DNA of 64,000 bases, from positions 146,271,036 through 146,335,035 of the forward strand of contig NC_085842.1 of assembly GCF_035594765.1 (NCBI RefSeq), written 5' to 3'. A model generated the notes under the pieces. The model worked only from the letters and a program-made list of their open reading frames with translations. It did not search any database and was not told the origin of the DNA. Below are positions 58,701 to 64,000 of the stretch, in pieces. Source of the DNA: Anolis carolinensis (lineage: Eukaryota). Within the stretch, counting starts at the first letter, position 1; each line of letters starts with the position of its first letter. The translations under genes were made by a program, and so were the position numbers.

Positions 58701-60585
58701 GCTGCAAATTTGGGTGGTTAAAGACAATGATTAGTGTTAAACATCTCTGGGCTGCTACAACCACGATGCATGATATTGATATGTTGAATCCTTATCTACT
58801 GCTCACCATTGAAAACATGCAAAAAGCACAGATGTCTATTACAAGCAATATACAAAAATATACAAAGCAAGTGTGGTCTCTGGTGCAATCTAATAGTAAG
58901 TCACATCTGTGTTACACAATGTGTATATTACACCAACCTTTATATATCACACCATACAAATAAACACAAAAGTCTCTGAATTCATATAAGATCCACATCG
59001 GATTTAAACTTAAATGGTATCTAATTGAAGTACTCAGTCCTATGAACGTCTTTTATAGTGTCCCAAATTCTATAGTGGTATTGTCCAAAATACACCAACT
59101 CTAAGATAAATTCAATGCAGTGTAAATATCGTGCATATAGAAAGATAATGGATTTAGTCTATAGCAGAACAGGTTCCATCGTAGGTTCTGGAGACTATGT
59201 AGTCAATTACGACTGGTTTCCCGGATACCTTTCCAGTTTCGGTTACCCTTCCTCAGGTAATCAATGATGTGCTTCTTAATTCCTTTTATTTGGTTGGAAA
59301 AGGTTGTAGATATTTGTTGGAAGGCTCTGCTTCAGGTTCTCTTCATATAAAAATAAAAAGGAAAACTTTCTAGTACTGCAATTACACCTGGAGCCTTAAT
59401 GATATAAACCAAACATAAAATAGACATGTCGAAACACCCCAAACTTTTCACTATTTTGGATATATCATATCTCTTATATAATCTGGAACACATGTAATCC
59501 CATTCTAACAGCCATTTATAACACAATATAATATAAACTCACATGTCTGTAGTAAGTTTCCATATGCTGCTTCGAATCTTGTGTCGCGAGCATGTGTTTG
59601 TGGTCTTGGGAGGACTTAAATGCCTTAATCTTGTTAAAGAAAACAGGTGAGATCTAGTTTATCATTTTGACCCTACGGTGTAAGAGTTCTTAATCTGAAA
59701 ATCCAATATACCTCCCTCCGGAGGAGCAATCTCTTGATGTCAGTGTTGCTTGTAACATGCAATTTTTCTAAAGCGAAGAATTTTAAACTGTTACAAGAGT
59801 GAGATTTCTCATTAAAGTGTATATATAATGTCGAATCAATACTTCCCCTTCTAATCCTCGAACGATGTTCTTGTATTCTGGTTCTTAAAGACCTGGTGGT
59901 CATGCCGATATATAATAGATTACAGGGACATTGGATCACATATATTATGTTATGTAGTGTAATTCTTTAAGTTGACTCTAATATTTAATGTTGGATGTAA
60001 GAATTGTTTTATATTGGTAGCTTGAGTGCAACAGTCACAATGTCCACATTTAAAATTACCTATGATGGAACTCCTCAGATCTGTGTTAGGTGTTCTAAGA
60101 TCGGAGTGAATTAGAATATCTCTTAAATTTTTGGATCTTCTATGGGATATAATGGGTATCTCCCGACATCCTGGAATATCTTGTATGAGATGCCAATGTC
60201 TGATAATTATTTTACATATGTTGGAGGTCTGTGTTGTCAATGTGAGGGGACAAATAATTCTATTGTTTTGTTTATTGGGTTGATATTTCAGTAAAGTACT
60301 TCTGTCGGTTTGCTGTGATTTCTGAAAAGCCAAGTTAAGTATATTTTCCAGGTATCTTCTTGCTTTAAGTTTATTGCTGAGGGTGTGAGCTGCTGAATGA
60401 TAATCATCTTGTCTGCTATTGTTCCGTTTGAGTCTTAGTAATTGGGAGTACGGTAGGTTAAATTTCAGTGAATGATGATGAAAACTCTTAAAGTGTAAGA
60501 TTGAGTTTTTGTCTGTAGGGTTGATGTAATTAGTCACATATAAGCCCCTTTCATCCTGGTGTACCAATACGTCTAGGAAGTTATC
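58700..60585 (-). mobile_element. 5'-truncated Penelope-like element (RT C-terminus, Cys-rich linker, GIY-YIG endonuclease, pseudo-LTR)
   Basis: ORFs 59950-60567 (after NFLDV; PTDKNSILHFKSFH, LPYSQLLRLKR, CGHCDCC) and 59673-59939 (CPCNLLYIGMTTR.LR.RI.EH, RREVYWI). Left boundary is approximate. Confidence 0.9.
59203..59264 (-). ncRNA. Type I hammerhead ribozyme in a Penelope pseudo-LTR
   Basis: Minus strand reads TTGATTAC-CTGAGGA-A-GG(GTAA)CC-GAA-ACTGG-[16 nt]-CCAGT-C-GTAATTGA. The core is intact with three helices and a GUC cleavage triplet. Confidence 0.85.
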
Positions 60586-62591
60586 AAGATATCACTGTAA
60601 TAGCAACCATGTGCAGGGCAGTGCCATGGATCCACTTCTTCACCTTCAAACAAGCCTACAGTACTGACAGGCAGTCACTGTACTTATGAATCTGGTTATT
60701 TTCAAATACCAAAATATTGTTGTCTTTAAACGTTTGTCATTATTTACCTGTATTCTCTATGCACTAGAGAGCATCTCACTGCTCCTTTAAAATATTCACA
60801 TATTAATGTTGAAGCAAGAATCAAACTAGCTAATATATGTGTCTGTGTCATTGTGAATACTGCCCACTATGATATAGGATTAAGAAAACCCTATGAAATT
60901 CATGGGATCGCCATGTCATGATCGCCTGAAAGCACGAACTTGCACACACACACACATATTACTACATATGTGGTACATTTTACTCTTTCTTCTTATCCCA
61001 AATGCAGCACATCCATGGCTGTTTGTCTTCTACATCTGCAACATTTGCATACTCTCCAACATTAGAAAACTGTGACCTGTGTAGCCGAGTTGCATCAGAA
61101 ATAGTGTGGCCATGTAACAAGAAGAGAAAAGTTAATAGGGAACAACACACAAAGCTACCATTTTAAGCAGTGAAGCCCCAGAATTTATCGGGTTTAGGAA
61201 GGACAAGATTTCACCCTCCTCTGCTCTCCCTTATGTCTGCACTTTGAACTCAGTTTGCAGTGACTGAAGTAAAAGCATCTGAGAAAGTATGACAGGGAAT
61301 TATTAATCCAAGTCATCCCTGTCAAACTGGTACGGTTAGAGGATCTGCATTTGGTAGTGGGGAAAACTTTAAGCATTTACCATTGTGAAAATCCCTGCCA
61401 TTGAAAAGCAAATTTGTAGGCATTGTTTGAAAAAAATATATTGATGATAAGAGAAGATGCAGATTTGATGTTTAGGAGATGTTCCTAAAAACTAGTTTTC
61501 AAAGAAACTACAGATACCCAATTTATACCTTGTAGCATTATGTATACAATGTGAAATATGTTATGCCCAAGGACGTTCCTTTGGCCCTTTTCTCCCTGTC
61601 ATTCTGACTACATGCTATCATCAAAGCTCATCAGTGAAGGCCAACATTCTTCAGCAGCTGAACTCAAAGAATTAAAGGAAAGAGAGCTTTTGCCACAGAC
61701 ACAAAAGAGACAAGCATCACTCTTCTCTACTTATACCATAGAAACATAGTGGTCATAGAATTAGAAAGTGAGACTGAAACACACATTGGTCGTTGCTTTT
61801 TATTGGTGGTTAGACTAATGAGCAACACCTGCTGCAAACCCCTCATTTATGCAGCCTGTAAAAGCACGGGTCCTTTCCAGTTTTAACTCTTACATCGGAT
61901 TATTGTGAGCTTTCAAGCCATTTCCAACTTAATGGTTCCTTGACAAGCCTGGTTCACTTGGGGGGGGGGGGGTCATTGCCTTCCTCTGAGGCTAAGAGAG
62001 TGTAACCTTCCCTAAGTCTCCCGGTGAGTTTCCATGGCTGAGTAGAAATTTGAATCCAGGCCTAATCCAACACTCAAGCCAGGCTGTCTCTGCTCATTAT
62101 ACGTCTTGTGTGCATTCAAGTCATTTTCAACCCATGTCCATTACAAGGCAAACCTTTTTTACAAGATTTGTTTGGTGCGGGTTGCTTTTGCCATCTTCTG
62201 AGGCTGCATCTACACTGAAGAAAGAATGCAGCTTGACACCACTTGAACTGTTGTGACTCAATGCTTTGGAATCTTGGGACTTGTGGTTTTACAAGGCTTT
62301 TAGCATTCCCAGCCAAAGTGTGCTTGTGCCTCTATAACTCCCAGGTCTCCCTAGTACTGAGCACAGCATTAGTAAAGTGGTGTCAAGCTGCATTCATTCG
62401 ATAGTGTAGCTGCTTCCTGAGAATGTGACTCACCCTGTTGGAGATAGAAACCTTCTCAAGCCTCCTCAATCCAATGTTTTGCCTGTTTGTAATGTGTCGG
62501 TTTATTTCCTGAAGTGTATGTCTTCTTTGGTTCGCTGTTTTCTTAGCTCTATGTACTTGAGGCAGTGGGAGGGGCTGCAGACCATGTGACT

Positions 62592-62726
62592 CAGTGGTTC
62601 TCAACCTGTGGGTCCCCAGATGTTTTGGCCTACAACTCCCAGAAATCCCAGCCAGTTTACCTGCTGTTAGGATTTCTGGGAGTTGAAGGCCAAAACATCT
62701 GGGGACCCACAGGTTGAGAACCACTG
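62592..62726. mobile_element. hAT MITE with SPIN-type TIRs (near-perfect palindrome)
   Basis: CAGTGGTTCTCAACCTGTGGGTCCCCAG...CTGGGGACCCACAGGTTGAGAACCACTG; TSD ATGTGACT/ACGTGACT. Confidence 0.92.
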
Positions 62727-63464
62727 ACGTGACTGGTTCTGTAACTGTTTAGAACGTTCAATTTAGAAGTTGGAAGTCAGTTGAGGCCTGAGTCTGTTTG
62801 AGTGCAGAAGCCAGTGTTAGAAGTCAGTTGAGGCTTGAGTTCCTTGGAAGGAGACTGTTATGAAAGAGAGCAATATAGTTTTAAAGAGACTGTTAAAGAC
62901 CATAAGTTAAAGATACAAACTGAAATGTTTTAAAGCTTAACCTGACAAGAAATGCACCTGTATATTTAAATACATGAAGTTGCAAGTAATACAAACATGT
63001 TATTTTATATAAACCTACTTGAATCTTTCTCAGCTGAAAGCATCAAATAGAAACAAGATATTTACATACCCAATGATCTTCCATTATTCAATAAAGGAGC
63101 ACTCCTGAAACTCTGCTACCAAATACTTTATGATCTTAACAGGTCATAATCAAATAGTCCAATAGATCCAAGACCAACCTGTAGGTTTCTATAGCCAAAA
63201 GGTGCATCTGCACTGCACAACTGATGCGGTTTGGGCCCACTTTAACTGCTATGGCTGAATGCCATGGAGTCCTTTGAGTTCCAGTTTAAATCAGTCTTTA
63301 GAGTTCTCTTACAAAGTGTGCTGGTGCTTCATGAAACTATCGCTCCCATGATTCCATCGTGTTGATGATTCCATGGCGGTGAAAGCAGTGCAATCAATCT
63401 GCACAGACATCAAGCACTCTCCAGACGCACCACTCTATGACATCTCTACCATAGAGCTGGGACA

Positions 63465-63850
63465 AGGTGGTCCCTCGTTCCAAGAGGCTCCTTCCGCTTC
63501 CGGGATGGAGGGAAGTGGAGGGGAGGCGCCAAGGGCGGAAGTGGGTCTCGGTGCTCAAGGGCCGGGGCCGAGCGGGAAGAAGCGGCGGCGGCGGCGGCGA
63601 TGGGGGCCCACTTGGCCCGGCGCTACCTGTGGGATGCGGAGGTGGAGCCCGACCCGCTCCGGATGCCCACCTTCGAGCCCACCTTCGGCTTCCCCGAGCG
63701 CAAGGAACGCGGTGAGGAGGAAGCGGAGGAGGGGAAGGTCACTCAGCCCTTGGGCCGCGCCTCCGCGCCAGGCCTCCTTCGGCTCCGGTGCCGAGCTGCC
63801 ACTTCGGGCCTCCCTCCTCGAAATCCCAGGCTGGCGAAAGCCGTCTTCGG
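63465..63850 (+). promoter_or_regulatory. CpG-island promoter of NDUFB7 with tandem ETS/GABP(NRF-2)-type sites and a GC box
   Basis: CpG-rich; CTTCCGCTTCCGG at 63491-63503 and GGGCGGAAGTG at 63533-63543. GABP sites are typical of nuclear-encoded respiratory-chain genes. Confidence 0.75.
63600..63711 (+). CDS. NDUFB7: NADH:ubiquinone oxidoreductase subunit B7, first coding exon (gene continues beyond the window)
   Basis: [37 protein letters not shown] matches the recognisable NDUFB7 N-terminus (Gly2 myristoylation). 112-nt exon ending at a G|GTGAGG donor inside a CpG island. Confidence 0.95.
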
Positions 63851-64000
63851 TGCATCTACTCTGTAGAACCAATTCAGTTGGACACCGTTTTCTCTGCCCT
63901 GCCTCAATGTCTGGTTTGGCAGAGTCGGCCAGAGATCTTCTGAAACGACACTGCGATGGAATCCTAGAAGAAGTGCCAAACTTCATTCGTTCTATGTGTT

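Overview
Vertebrate (squamate, very probably Anolis lizard) genomic DNA: AT-rich, intron-rich and dense in transposons, including Sauria SINE, an Anolis SINE2-like family, BovB/RTE, CR1, L2, R4/Dong, Penelope, Tigger/mariner, hAT MITEs and a Helitron. I assembled exons by hand from GT-AG sites, phase compatibility and C-type lectin motifs. This gives three complete, open type II transmembrane C-type lectin(-like) genes. Gene A (minus, 15917-4652, 6 exons, 248 aa) has no neck and no Ca2+/sugar motifs, but carries tyrosine signalling motifs in its tail. Gene B (minus, 38679-18436, 9 exons, 289 aa) is CD23/LSECtin-like with non-canonical QPN/WDD. Gene C (plus, 45187-58388, 7 exons, 320 aa) has canonical EPN/WND, a proline/tyrosine-motif tail and an Asp in the TM helix. 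The window ends in the CpG-island promoter and first coding exon of NDUFB7, the gene that neighbours CLEC17A in human. Two hammerhead ribozyme cores are visible in Penelope-derived DNA, one of them in the sense strand of a lectin intron. Gene models are manual predictions with no transcript support. Most short ORFs in the supplied track are spurious.
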